Below, one piece after another: positions 9,207 through 19,600 of a stretch of 64,000 nt of DNA. Every line of letters starts with the position of its first letter. The first letter of the stretch is position 1. The DNA is taken from contig JAWLHJ010000001.1 in NCBI GenBank assembly GCA_041690395.1, forward strand, positions 704,001 to 768,000. The letters are read 5' to 3'. This stretch comes from Longimicrobiales bacterium (GTDB taxonomy: Bacteria; Gemmatimonadota; Gemmatimonadetes; Longimicrobiales; Gaopeijiaceae). Under the pieces are notes generated by a model. The model was not told the origin of the DNA. It searched no databases and was given only the letters and a program-made list of their open reading frames with translations. A program made the translations under genes and the position numbers.

Positions 9207-9401
9207 TCAGAACACGTTCCAGTACTGGGTCCGCGTCGAGCACATCTTGAAAAAGATGACGCTGAAGCAGGACTCGTTCTTGAAGCATTCCTGTCCGCCG
9301 TAGCCACCGCACTCCGTGGCGGCGACATCGGTGGCGGGAACCGCCATGAAGCTGAGGGCTCCGACCAACAGGAGTCCGGGAACCGAGAGTAGCTTGATCA
9401 T
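9207..9401 (-). CDS. Small secreted cysteine-rich peptide precursor (64 aa)
   Basis: SD GGAGGT just upstream of ATG; ~28-aa Sec-type signal ending VAA; 36-aa mature part TECGGYGGQECFKNESCFSVIFFKMCSTRTQYWNVF with 4 Cys; strong hairpin after the stop. Confidence 0.75.
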   Translation of the reverse strand: MIKLLSVPGLLLVGALSFMAVPATDVAATECGGYGGQECFKNESCFSVIFFKMCSTRTQYWNVF

Positions 9402-9526
9402 GATGACCTCCGAGGTTGGGGGGTGTGGCGATGAAGACCTCCGGCCCACCGACCGGTCGAGAAGCTTCACCCGGTCCCCAGCGCGGTCCCATGTCTCGAT
9501 GGGACTGCTTCGTCACGAACCCCGCT

Positions 9527-10753
9527 TCAGTCCGCGCTACCCATCCGCAGGGCCAGCAGCACGCCCGCCACGGTGGTCACGATCCCGAGCGTCAGGATGT
9601 GATCGATGCCGACGCCCGCGTCGAGGGCGAAGCCGATGAGCACGGGGCTGCCTGCGGCTCCGACGACCCCGAACGACGCGATCATCGCCTTGATGGCGCC
9701 CAGATGCCGGACACCGTACAGCTCCGCCCACAGCGACGAGCGCACGGGCTCCGCCAGCCCGATGGTCATGCCGAGCCCCGCCATCATTCCGTATGCCGCC
9801 CAGGCGGCGTCGGTCAGTACCGGGAGGAGGAGCGCGAAGGCCATCGGGAGGATGACGAACGGGTACGCCGCGCGGGCGGTCAGACGGTCGATGAGGCGGC
9901 CCGCGACCAGCGCGAACGCCACCCGGCTGAGGGCGAAGCCCACGAAGGCGGAGGCAATGAGTGTCACCGACCACCCCTTGATGCCGGCGATGCGCGTCTG
10001 GTACAGGAGGATTCCGGTCATCCAGAAGGCCGGCAGCAGCGCCGCGGGCAGCGCGAGGCGAAAGCGGCGATCCCGGAGGACCGCGGCGCGGGTCCAGTCG
10101 CCGGAGGAGGGGTCGAGGCCGGTCATCGGCTCGCGCGGGGATGCTCCGAGCCGTCGCGGGTCCACCTCGATGCCGGACCGCTTCAGTGAGGCCATGAACG
10201 ATGGGAGGAAGACCACCACCGCGACCGCCGCGAACAGCAGCCAGGTCCGCCGCCATCCGAACGCCGGGATGGCCAGGGCGGTGAGGACCGGCAGCACGGC
10301 CTCGCCCGCCGGGAATCCCAGGCTGGCGATGGACAGCGCCCGTCCGCGTCTCGCTCCGCCGTAACGGGCCATGACCGTGTAGGCGGTGTGTCCCGACAGC
10401 CCCTGCCCGGCGAGGCGAAGTCCGACGAGGGCGACGCCGAGCAGCGCCACGTGCGTCGCGGCGGCGAGCGTGAGCGCCGACGTGACCATGAGGAGCACCA
10501 CGGCCAGGCTGAAGCGGGTCAGCCGCATGTGGTCGAGTCGCTGCCCCGCCCAGGGGAGGATCATCGCGCTGACCAACGTCGCCCCCGAGTAGAGCGCTCC
10601 GAACGTGCCATCCGTGAGGGAGAAGGTCGCCACGAACGACGGAAGGAACAGGGAGATGAGAAAGGTCTGCCCGAAGCTCGAAAACAGGGCGAACGAGACG
10701 CCGAAGGTGAGAAGCGGGGGCTCCCCCCGGAACCCGTCGAGAACGCGGGGCAT
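9527..10753 (-). CDS. MFS transporter
   Basis: About 12 hydrophobic helices; SSFGQTFLISLF, GQRLDH, GRLIDR and ELYGVRHLGAIK; start placed at MPRVLDG. Confidence 0.88.
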   Translation of the reverse strand: MPRVLDGFRGEPPLLTFGVSFALFSSFGQTFLISLFLPSFVATFSLTDGTFGALYSGATLVSAMILPWAGQRLDHMRLTRFSLAVVLLMVTSALTLAAATHVALLGVALVGLRLAGQGLSGHTAYTVMARYGGARRGRALSIASLGFPAGEAVLPVLTALAIPAFGWRRTWLLFAAVAVVVFLPSFMASLKRSGIEVDPRRLGASPREPMTGLDPSSGDWTRAAVLRDRRFRLALPAALLPAFWMTGILLYQTRIAGIKGWSVTLIASAFVGFALSRVAFALVAGRLIDRLTARAAYPFVILPMAFALLLPVLTDAAWAAYGMMAGLGMTIGLAEPVRSSLWAELYGVRHLGAIKAMIASFGVVGAAGSPVLIGFALDAGVGIDHILTLGIVTTVAGVLLALRMGSAD

Positions 10754-10934
10754 GGTGATGCGCTGGGTGCGTGGGGACGGGGCGGGGATGGCGGGAGCGT
10801 GCGCGCACCCCCAACATCGAAGGCCGCGCGTCTCGGTTGAAGGGGCTCGGCCTCGGAACCCGTGGGCGGGCGGCCGGTAGTGGTCCATCCTTCAGCCCGC
10901 CAGCCGAGTCCCCTGCGACAGGATTCCGAGCCCG

Positions 10935-11513
10935 ATGACGCGAGACCCCGAGGTCCGATACGAGTCCGGCGGCGTGGCGCTCGAGCTCCAGGTCGGGGAC
11001 ATCGCCACGCAGCGTGGCTTCGACGCCGTGGTGAACGCGGCCAACGCCGAGCTGCGGACCGGAGGAGGGGTGGCCGGCGCGCTCCACCGCGCGGCCGGAC
11101 CCGGGCTCGCCGAGGAAGGCCGTCCGCTCGCCCCGATTCGTCCGGGCCAGGCCGTCATCACGTCGGGGCACGACCTACCGAATCCCTGGGTGATCCACTG
11201 TCTCGGACCCGTGTACGGACGCGATCGGCCCGAGGACGAGCTGCTCGCGTCGTGCTATCGTGGCGCGCTCGAGATCGCGGAGGACCGCGGCCTCGCGTCG
11301 GTCTCCTTTCCGGCCATCTCGACCGGGGCCTTCGGATATCCCCTGGAGGAGGCCGCCCGGGTCGCGCTCCGTACCGTCCTCGAGGAGATACCGGGGCTCG
11401 ACTCCGTCCGCAACATCCGGTTCGTGCTGTACGACGACGGGTCGCTCCGGGTCCACGAACGGATCCTCGCCGACCTTACGGGTGACGACGCTCGAAAGGA
11501 GACTCAGCCGTGA
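10935..11513 (+). CDS. Macrodomain protein (YmdB/MacroD-like ADP-ribose hydrolase)
   Basis: GDI, DAVVNAAN, GGGVAGA, VIH and FPAISTGAFGYP motifs. Confidence 0.93.
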   Translation: MTRDPEVRYESGGVALELQVGDIATQRGFDAVVNAANAELRTGGGVAGALHRAAGPGLAEEGRPLAPIRPGQAVITSGHDLPNPWVIHCLGPVYGRDRPEDELLASCYRGALEIAEDRGLASVSFPAISTGAFGYPLEEAARVALRTVLEEIPGLDSVRNIRFVLYDDGSLRVHERILADLTGDDARKETQP

Positions 11514-12163
11514 CCGATACCCCGACCGTGCCACCCGAGGCGTCCGCGCTTCTGCTCGTGGACATCCAACCGGACTTCTGTCCCGGGGGCGCACTCGCCG
11601 TGGAGGGAGGCGACGAGATCCTCGGCCCGGTCAACGCGCTCGTGGCGCGGGGGCTCTTCGGGCTGTACGTGGCCACTCAGGACTGGCATCCGGAGGGACA
11701 CGTCTCGTTCGCCAGCCAGCACGAGGGCCGGGCGCCCTTGGACGCGATCGAGCTCCACGGGCACGAGCAGGTGCTCTGGCCCGACCACTGCGTGCGAGGC
11801 ACGCCGGGCGCGGCGCTGCACCCGGACATCGACTGGGACCCCGTCTCGGCGATCATACGAAAAGGGAGCGACCCGCAGGTCGATTCGTACTCCGGCTTCC
11901 GCAACAACTGGGGCCCCGACGGTGAGCGACCGCCGACCGGTTTGGCGGGATACCTGCGGGAGCGCGGAGTCGAAGAGGTCTTCGTCTGCGGCCTCGCCCG
12001 GGACGTCTGCGTGAAGTGGACCGCAGAAGATGCGGTCGCGGCCGGCTTCCGGACGACCTTCCTGTGGGACCTGACCCGGTCGGTCCGGCCCGAGGCCGAC
12101 GAAGGCGTCCGGAAGGAGCTCGAGAGCATCGGTGTGGTCGTTCTGGAGTCCGGCGACCTTTGA
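11510..12163 (+). CDS. pncA: Nicotinamidase/pyrazinamidase
   Basis: VDIQPDFCPGGAL, TQDWHP, LWPDHC, RKG...DSYSGF and GLARDVCV; GTGA overlap with the macrodomain gene. Confidence 0.93.
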   Translation: MTDTPTVPPEASALLLVDIQPDFCPGGALAVEGGDEILGPVNALVARGLFGLYVATQDWHPEGHVSFASQHEGRAPLDAIELHGHEQVLWPDHCVRGTPGAALHPDIDWDPVSAIIRKGSDPQVDSYSGFRNNWGPDGERPPTGLAGYLRERGVEEVFVCGLARDVCVKWTAEDAVAAGFRTTFLWDLTRSVRPEADEGVRKELESIGVVVLESGDL

Positions 12164-13152
12164 GCGGCCTGCGATTGATCGAGGCCGTCATCCCGATCGC
12201 GTCGCTGGACGGCCTCGTCGAGGAGGTCGCCGCCAAGGGGGTCATCGACGTCTGGTCGTACGAAGCGGGTGACGGGCGCGGACTCCTGCGGATCCTGATG
12301 GAGGCGGACGGGACGGAGAGCCTCACGGACGAGCTCGCCGACCGCTTCTCGAGCGCAGAGGGATACCGTCTGATGCTGCTGCCGGTCGAGGCTACGTTCC
12401 CCGCGGTGGAGAACGACGAGCCCGCGGCGGAGGAGCAGCCGTGGAAGCGCAAGGGGCCCCTGCGGATCAGCCGGGAGGAGCTCCACCAGGACCTGAGCGT
12501 GTCCACGCGCATCTCGACGGTGTACCTGACGACGGTCGCGCTCTCGACGCTGGTCGCGGCCGTCGGGCTCATGAGCTCGAGTGTGGCGGTGGTGATCGGC
12601 GCCATGGTGATCGCGCCGCTGCTCGGGCCGAACGTGGCCCTCTCGCTCGCGTCCACGCTCGGCGACCTGGACCTGGCCTGGGCCGCGCTCAAGGCGAACC
12701 TCGCGGGGGTCGGCGTGGCGTTCGCGCTCTCCGTCATGGTCGGTGTGTTGCTGCCGGTGGACCCGACGGTACCGGAGATCGCCGGTCGCACCGCCGTCGG
12801 CCTGGGCGACATCGTTCTGGCGCTCGCGGCGGGGGCCGCCGGCACGCTCGCGTTCACGCAGGGACTTTCGGCGGCGGTGATCGGGGTCATGGTGGCGGTG
12901 GCGCTCCTCCCCCCGCTGGTCGCCACGGGGCTCCTCTTCGGGGCCGGCGAGATGACCCTCGCCTACGGCGCGTTCCTGCTCGTCGCCGTCAACATCACCT
13001 GCGTGAACCTGGCGGGAGTCGTCACGTTCCTGATGCAGAAGGTGCAGCCGCGCACCTGGTGGGAAACGGAGCGGGCGACCAGGGCCTCGAAGATCGCGGT
13101 GGCGTCGTGGATCGGGATGCTGTTACTCCTGATCCTGCTCATCCGGTTGTAG
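12160..13152 (+). CDS. TIGR00341/DUF389 family membrane protein
   Basis: VVIGAMVIAPLLGP and GVMVAVALLPPL motifs; TTG start overlapping the pncA stop (TTGA). Confidence 0.88.
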   Translation: MSGLRLIEAVIPIASLDGLVEEVAAKGVIDVWSYEAGDGRGLLRILMEADGTESLTDELADRFSSAEGYRLMLLPVEATFPAVENDEPAAEEQPWKRKGPLRISREELHQDLSVSTRISTVYLTTVALSTLVAAVGLMSSSVAVVIGAMVIAPLLGPNVALSLASTLGDLDLAWAALKANLAGVGVAFALSVMVGVLLPVDPTVPEIAGRTAVGLGDIVLALAAGAAGTLAFTQGLSAAVIGVMVAVALLPPLVATGLLFGAGEMTLAYGAFLLVAVNITCVNLAGVVTFLMQKVQPRTWWETERATRASKIAVASWIGMLLLLILLIRL

Positions 13153-13178
13153 GCACACGGTTCCCCAGGAGACGGTCC

Positions 13179-16100
13179 ATGCCCTCGCTTCCGATGTCCA
13201 CCGCGCTCCTCGGCGTGGTCCTCGCGACGGGCATGACGGCCGCCGCCGGGCCTTTGGCCGCGCAGCAGGCCGGCGAGACGTGGGACGTGACCGCGGCGCG
13301 CGGCCGGAGCTACACGGTCGACTTCACGACCGACGAGGGGACGTGGATGTCGCTGGACGTCTCGCCGGACGGCCGGTGGATCGTCTTCGACCTGCTCGGG
13401 CACGTGTACCGGGTCGCCTCCGACGGCGGGCAGGCCGAGTCGCTCACCCAGGCGAGCGGCGCCGCCGTCAACGTGCATCCCCGGTATTCTCCGGACGGCT
13501 CCCGCATCGTCTTCGTCTCCGACCGCGGGGGTCAGAGCAACCCGTGGGTCATGGGCGCGGACGGCTCCGACCCGAGGCCCGTCTTCCTCGACCTCGACAC
13601 CCGCGTGGTCGAGCCCACGTGGATGCCGGACGGCCGTCGGGTGGTGCTGCGCCAGCAGGCGTTGGCCGGGTCCACCCGGGGATCGGGGATCCACGTGTAC
13701 GACGTCCCGGATGCGCCTGGGCCGTCGACGGGTGACGCCGTCGGGCGCCCGAACGCCCCGGATCCGACCGACGTGACCGGTCGGCGGCTCCTTCCCCCCT
13801 CCGAGCGCGCCGCCTGGCCGAGCGTATCGAGCGGCGGGCGCTACCTGTACTACCACGTGTCCACGGGCGCGGCCGACATGCTCAAGGGGGCGTATCAGTT
13901 GCGGCGACTCGAGCTGGAGACGGGGCGGGTGTCCGAGATCACCACCGGAGTCGACCAGGCTCAGTACCGGGGGTCGAGCGGGAGCGCCATCGCCCCCGAG
14001 GTCTCGCCCGATGGTCGGTGGCTCGCGTTCGCTCGACGGATCCCCGACGGGACCATCTCCTGGCGCGGCCTGACGGTCGGCCCCAGGACGGCGCTCTTCC
14101 TGCGCGACCTGGAGTCGGGCACGGAGCGTATCCTCATGGATCCCATCGAGCTGGACATGGGCGAAGGGATCAAGACGCTGCGCGTGCTCCCCGGATACGC
14201 GTGGTCCGGGGACGGCCGCTCGATCGTGGTGACGCAGGGGGGGCGGATCCGGCGGGTCGACGTCGCGACCGGTGAGGTCGAGACCGTGCCGTTCAGCGCC
14301 CGCGTCGAGCGTGAGGTGTCGGAGCAGGCCCGTCCGGATTTCCGCCTCTCGGACGGGCCGGTCGAGGTGCGCTTCACCCGGTGGCAGGCGGCCTCTCCGG
14401 ACGGCTCGAGGCTCCTGTTCCAGGCGGTGGGCCGGCTCTGGGTGATGGACCTACCGGACGGCACGCCGCGTCGCTTGACGTCCGACGCCTTCGAGCCGCT
14501 CGAGTACTCCGGCGCCTGGTCGCCGGACGGCCGCTCGGTCGCCTTCACGTCGTGGGAAGACGAGGAGCGCGGCCACGTGTGGCGGGTGCGCGTGGACGGG
14601 TCGGGCGGAGCCGGCGGCGCCCCGGTCGGGGCCGCGCCGGAGCGACTGACCGGATCCGCGGGCGAGTACCTCAACCCGGTCTGGTCGCCCGACGGCGGGT
14701 CGCTGGTGGTGACCCGTGGATCCGGAGCCACGGCGCGTGGCCGCAGCTGGGCGAACAACCCGTGGTACGAGCTCGTCGCGCTGCCGCTCGACGGAGGTGA
14801 GCCCACGGTCGTCGCGCGGGCGAGCACCCGGCACGACGGGGGCGCGCAGGCGGGTGGCCGCAGGCAGATCGTGCGGGCCGCGTTCGGACCCGAGGGCCGG
14901 GTCTTCTATCCCGAGGAGGCACCGCCCGATTCCTCTGCGCGCCCGACCGCCTTCGTCTCCGTCCTGCCCGACGGCACGGACCGCCGCGAGCACATGCTGT
15001 TCCCCTACGCCGACGAGGTGGTACCCTCTCCCGATGGCGCCTGGGTCGCGTTCGCCGAGGGACTCAACGTCTACGTGGCCCCGATGAGCGGCGCGACGGT
15101 CGACGCCGCGCCCGGTGCCGGGCTCCCCACGGTCGACCGCCGCTCGACCGGGGTCCGGCCCGTGACGCTCGAGGGCGGCATCCACCCGCGCTGGACCGAT
15201 GCGGGCGTGCTGGAGGTGTCGAGCGGGCGGCGCCACCTGCGCTACGACCCGGCCACCGAGCGGACGGACACGTTCGACATCCGGCTCGAGGTGCCGCGGG
15301 CCATCGGACGCGGGACCGTGGCGCTGACGAACGCGCGGATCCTCCCGATGGACGGGGCCGACCCCATCGAGCGGGGCCACGTGGTGGTGCGCGACGGCCG
15401 GATCGCCTGTGTCGGCGCGTGCGAGACGGGCGGCGTGGACCGGGTCATCGACGCCACGGGCACCACCATCATCCCCGGCATCGTGGACCCTCACGCCCAC
15501 CATCACAGGGAGCATTCGGGCGTCCTGCCGCGCAAGAACTTCGAGGCGGCCGTCTATCTCGCCTACGGCGTGACGACCACCATGGACCCCATCGGCTGGT
15601 CGCCCGCGGTCTTCCCCGAAGCCGAGATGATCGAGGCGGGCGTCACCATCGGGCCGCGCGTCTTCAGCACGGGGGAGAACCTGTCCGGTGGGGACCGGGC
15701 GCGCTCGACCGAGCTCGCCACGTACCAGGACGCGCTGCACGAGATCAACCGCCTCGTGGACTGGGGTGCGGTCGCCGTGAAGCAGTACGGCCAGCCGCTC
15801 CGCGAGCAGCGTCAGTGGATCTCCGACATCGGCCGCGATCTCGGCGTGATGGTGACCGGAGAAGGGTCGGATCTGGCGTTCAACGTGAGCACGACGCTGG
15901 ACGGCCAGACCGGGTTCGAGCATCCGATGAGCTACGTGCCACTCTACGGAGACGCCGCGCGCTTCTTCGGCGAGACGCGCACGGTGTACTCGCCTACGCT
16001 GGTCGTGGGGGGCGCCTCGGCGTGGAACGAAGAGTACTTCTGGCAGGCCGAGGACCGGTGGACCGACGAGAAGCAGCGGCGCTGGCTCCCCTGGCGGCAC

Positions 16101-16574
16101 CTGGTGCCCCACACCCGCCGGCGGACGATGCGTCCAGAGACCGACTACACCTACCCGTTCATCGCCCTGGGGATGGCCGATGTGATCGCGAACGGCGGCT
16201 ACGGCGCGATCGGGTCGCACGGGCAGCATCACGGCATCGGCTCGCACTGGGAAATGTGGATGATCGCCTCGGCCATGTCGCCCATGGAGACGCTTGAGGT
16301 CGCCACCATGCACGGGGCGCGATTCCTTGGTATGGACCAGGACCTCGGCTCCCTCGAGCCGGGGAAGATCGGCGATCTCGTCGTGCTCGAGTCGAACCCC
16401 CTCGACGATATCCGCAACACCGCGGACATCCGCTGGGTCATGAAGGCCGGTACGCTCTACGAGGCGGATACACTCGACGAGCTCTGGCCGGTCGCGCGAC
16501 CGTACGGGGCGTATCCGTGGGTGGACGCCGAGATGCTGCGGACGGACGACCGGGCCATACGGCCGGGAGGTTGA
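13179..16574 (+). CDS. Secreted PD40/TolB-like beta-propeller plus amidohydrolase protein (copy 1)
   Basis: Signal peptide; EGTWMSLDVSPDG and many SPDG repeats; IIPGIVDPHAH, GSHGQ and GSLEPGKIGDLVVL; SD AGGAGA before ATG 13179. Confidence 0.9.
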   Translation: MPSLPMSTALLGVVLATGMTAAAGPLAAQQAGETWDVTAARGRSYTVDFTTDEGTWMSLDVSPDGRWIVFDLLGHVYRVASDGGQAESLTQASGAAVNVHPRYSPDGSRIVFVSDRGGQSNPWVMGADGSDPRPVFLDLDTRVVEPTWMPDGRRVVLRQQALAGSTRGSGIHVYDVPDAPGPSTGDAVGRPNAPDPTDVTGRRLLPPSERAAWPSVSSGGRYLYYHVSTGAADMLKGAYQLRRLELETGRVSEITTGVDQAQYRGSSGSAIAPEVSPDGRWLAFARRIPDGTISWRGLTVGPRTALFLRDLESGTERILMDPIELDMGEGIKTLRVLPGYAWSGDGRSIVVTQGGRIRRVDVATGEVETVPFSARVEREVSEQARPDFRLSDGPVEVRFTRWQAASPDGSRLLFQAVGRLWVMDLPDGTPRRLTSDAFEPLEYSGAWSPDGRSVAFTSWEDEERGHVWRVRVDGSGGAGGAPVGAAPERLTGSAGEYLNPVWSPDGGSLVVTRGSGATARGRSWANNPWYELVALPLDGGEPTVVARASTRHDGGAQAGGRRQIVRAAFGPEGRVFYPEEAPPDSSARPTAFVSVLPDGTDRREHMLFPYADEVVPSPDGAWVAFAEGLNVYVAPMSGATVDAAPGAGLPTVDRRSTGVRPVTLEGGIHPRWTDAGVLEVSSGRRHLRYDPATERTDTFDIRLEVPRAIGRGTVALTNARILPMDGADPIERGHVVVRDGRIACVGACETGGVDRVIDATGTTIIPGIVDPHAHHHREHSGVLPRKNFEAAVYLAYGVTTTMDPIGWSPAVFPEAEMIEAGVTIGPRVFSTGENLSGGDRARSTELATYQDALHEINRLVDWGAVAVKQYGQPLREQRQWISDIGRDLGVMVTGEGSDLAFNVSTTLDGQTGFEHPMSYVPLYGDAARFFGETRTVYSPTLVVGGASAWNEEYFWQAEDRWTDEKQRRWLPWRHLVPHTRRRTMRPETDYTYPFIALGMADVIANGGYGAIGSHGQHHGIGSHWEMWMIASAMSPMETLEVATMHGARFLGMDQDLGSLEPGKIGDLVVLESNPLDDIRNTADIRWVMKAGTLYEADTLDELWPVARPYGAYPWVDAEMLRTDDRAIRPGG

Positions 16575-16655
16575 GCAGGACCCTCGTCCCCACTTTCGTG
16601 ACACGCTATAGTGCCGCCGTGGCGAGATCGTTCGTGAATCGAGACGGAGGCGAGG

Positions 16656-19600
16656 ATGATGGTGCGGAGCCTGGGGTGGTTGTCGGTCGTGACGGGTGTG
16701 GCGCTCGGCTTCTCGCCGCCGCTGCTCGACGCTCAGGAGCGGGGCGGGCGCGAAGGTGGCGGCGAGCAAGGAGGTCTCCCGCTCGAGGCCGGCCGCACGG
16801 TCCCCATCGATCTCACCGAGGGATCCTGGATCTCCGTCGACGTGAGCCCGGACGGCCGGACGCTCGTCTTCGACTACCTCGGCGACCTGTTCACGCTCCC
16901 GATCGAGGGCGGTGACGCCACCCAGCTCACCTCCGGGATGGCGTTCGACGCGCAGCCCCGCTTCTCGCCGGACGGGAGCGAAGTCGTGTTCACCTCCGAC
17001 CGCGACGGGGGTCAGAACATCTGGCGGCTGAGTCTCGACGGCTCCGATACCACCCGGGTATCCGGCGGCGAGGCGAACCGTGCAGAGGCTCCTGACTGGT
17101 CGCCCGACGGCCGCTACATCGTGGCGACGTTCGGCGAGGGCAACTTCCGTTTCGGTGGCAACCCCAACCTGCGGCTCTGGCATGTGGACGGCGGGTCCGG
17201 GGTGGATCTGTTCGAGGACGACGGGCTCCGGAAGGCGCTGGGTCCGACGTTCGGCCCGGACGGGCGCTGGATCTGGTTCGCCCAGCGGACCGGAGGCGGC
17301 GACTGGGACTACAACGCCCAGCTCCCGCTCTACGAGATCCGCGCCTACGACCGTGAGACCGGAGAGGTGCACGACCGGGTCGAGCGCTTCGGCAGCGCGC
17401 TCCGCCCGACGCTCTCCCCCGACGGCCGCTGGCTCGTATACGGCACCCGTCACGACGCCGAGACCGGACTGCGCATCCGGGACCTCGAGACCGGCGACGA
17501 GCGATGGCTGGCCTACCCGGTCCAGCACGACGACCAGGAGTCGCGCGGTACCCTCGACGTGCTGCCGGGGATGTCGTTCACGCCCGACTCACGGCATCTG
17601 GTGGCGAGCTACGGAGGGGGGATCTGGCGCATTCCCGTGGATGGCGGGTCGGCGGAGCCCATTCCCTTCCGGGTCCGCTTCGACCTCGCCATCGGGCCCG
17701 AGGTCGACTTCGACTATCCGATCGAGGACACGGAAACCTTCACCGCCCGCCAGATCCGTGATGCGGTCCCGTCGCCGGACGGTTCGCGGCTGGCCTTCAC
17801 CGTGCTCGACCGCCTCTACGTCTCGGACGTCGATGGCAGCGATCCGCGGCCGCTGGCCCCCATGCCCGGGGCGCAGCAGCACATGCCGACCTGGTCGCCC
17901 GACGGGCGCGACGTGGCCTTCGTCACGTGGGAGGGCGACGCAGGGCACCTGTACCGGGTCTCCGCGGATGGCGGGCAGCCGCAGAGGCTGTCCGACCGGC
18001 CGGCCTTCTACAGCCGGCCGGCCTGGGCGCCGTCCGGCGACAGGATCGTCGTGCTGAGGGGACACGCCCGGGCGTTCGTCGAGAACCCGGCGCAGGGAGC
18101 CGGGAGCGTGGACGACGAGCTCGTCTGGATCCCGTCCGGTGGCGGGCAGGCGACCGTGGTCATGCCGCTCGGCGACCGGAGCCTGCCCCACTTCACCGGA
18201 GACGGCGAGCGCATCCATCTCTTCCGCTCGCCCGACCAGCTGGTCTCGGTGCGGTGGGACGGGACGGACGAGAAGGCGCACGTCCGGGTTCGCGGAGAGC
18301 GCTCTCCGGGACAGGAGGACGCCCAGACGCCGTCCGCCATCGTCATGGCGCCGCAGGGCGATCAGGCGCTCGCGCACGTGCTGAACCACGTGTACACGGT
18401 CACCGTGCCCGAGGTGGGATCCGCACCGACCATCCAACTCGGAAATCCGGCGAACGCCGCCTTCCCGGCGCGTAAGCTGTCGGAGTTCGGCGGGGAGTTC
18501 CCGGCGTGGAGCGCCGACGGCCGCAGCGTCCACTGGTCCCTCGGCAACGCGCACTTCGTCTACGACCTCGACGCGGCCGAAGCATACGAGGACAGCGTCG
18601 AAGCCGCGGGCGGCCCGGAGGAGGCGGAGCCGGACGAGGAGGAAGAGGAAGAGGGCGACGAGACGAGCGAGGGCGACGGCTACCGGGCGTCCGAGGTACG
18701 CGTCGCCGTCCAGATCGCGCGCGACGTCCCTCGCGGCACGGTGGTGCTTCGGGGCGCACGGGTCATCACGATGCGTGACGACGAGGTCATCGAGAACGCC
18801 GACGTGGTGGTGCGGGACAACCGGATCGTGGCGGTCGGAGCGCAGGGCGACGTCTCCGTGCCGGACGACGCACGAGTCATCGACGTGTCCGGCCGCACCA
18901 TCGTGCCCGGCTTCGTCGACACGCACGCCCACCTGCGGCCGTCGTTCGACGTGCACCGCTCCGACGCGTGGCCCTACTTCGCGAACCTGGCCTACGGCGT
19001 GACCACCACGCGGGACCCGCAGACCAGCAGCACCGACGTGCTCACCTACGAAGACAGGGTGCGGGCCGGCGAGATCGTCGGCCCCAGGATCTACTCGACG
19101 GGCCCGGGCGTCTTCTTCCAGTTCAACATCGATTCGCTCGAGGAAGCCCGCGATCTCATGCGGCGCTACTCGGAGTACTTCGACACCAAGACGCTGAAGA
19201 TGTACGTGGCCGGCACACGCGAGCAGCGCCAATGGATCATCCAGGCGGCGCGCGAGCAGCGGATCATGCCGACCACCGAGGGCTCGCTGAACCTCAAGCA
19301 GAACCTCACCGAGACCATCGACGGGTATCCGGGGCTCGAGCATTCGATTCCGGTCTATCCGGTCTTCGCGGATTACGTGCGGCTCTTCGTGGAGAGCGGC
19401 CGCGTGTACACGCCCACCCTGCTCGTGTCGTACGGCGGACCCTGGGCGGAGAACTACTTCTACACGCGCGAGAATCCGCACGACGACGAAAAGCTCGCCC
19501 GCTTCACCCCGCACAGCGTTCTCGACCGGGCGACGCGCCGGCGGGGCGGGGGCGCCAGCCCCGGTCCGGCAGGGTGGTTCATGGACGAGGAGCACGTGTT

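Noticed and set aside
9486..9505. Inverted repeat GTCCCAT-N6-ATGGGAC between the MFS stop and the peptide gene
   Set aside because: Only 7-bp arms; cannot distinguish operator, weak terminator or chance
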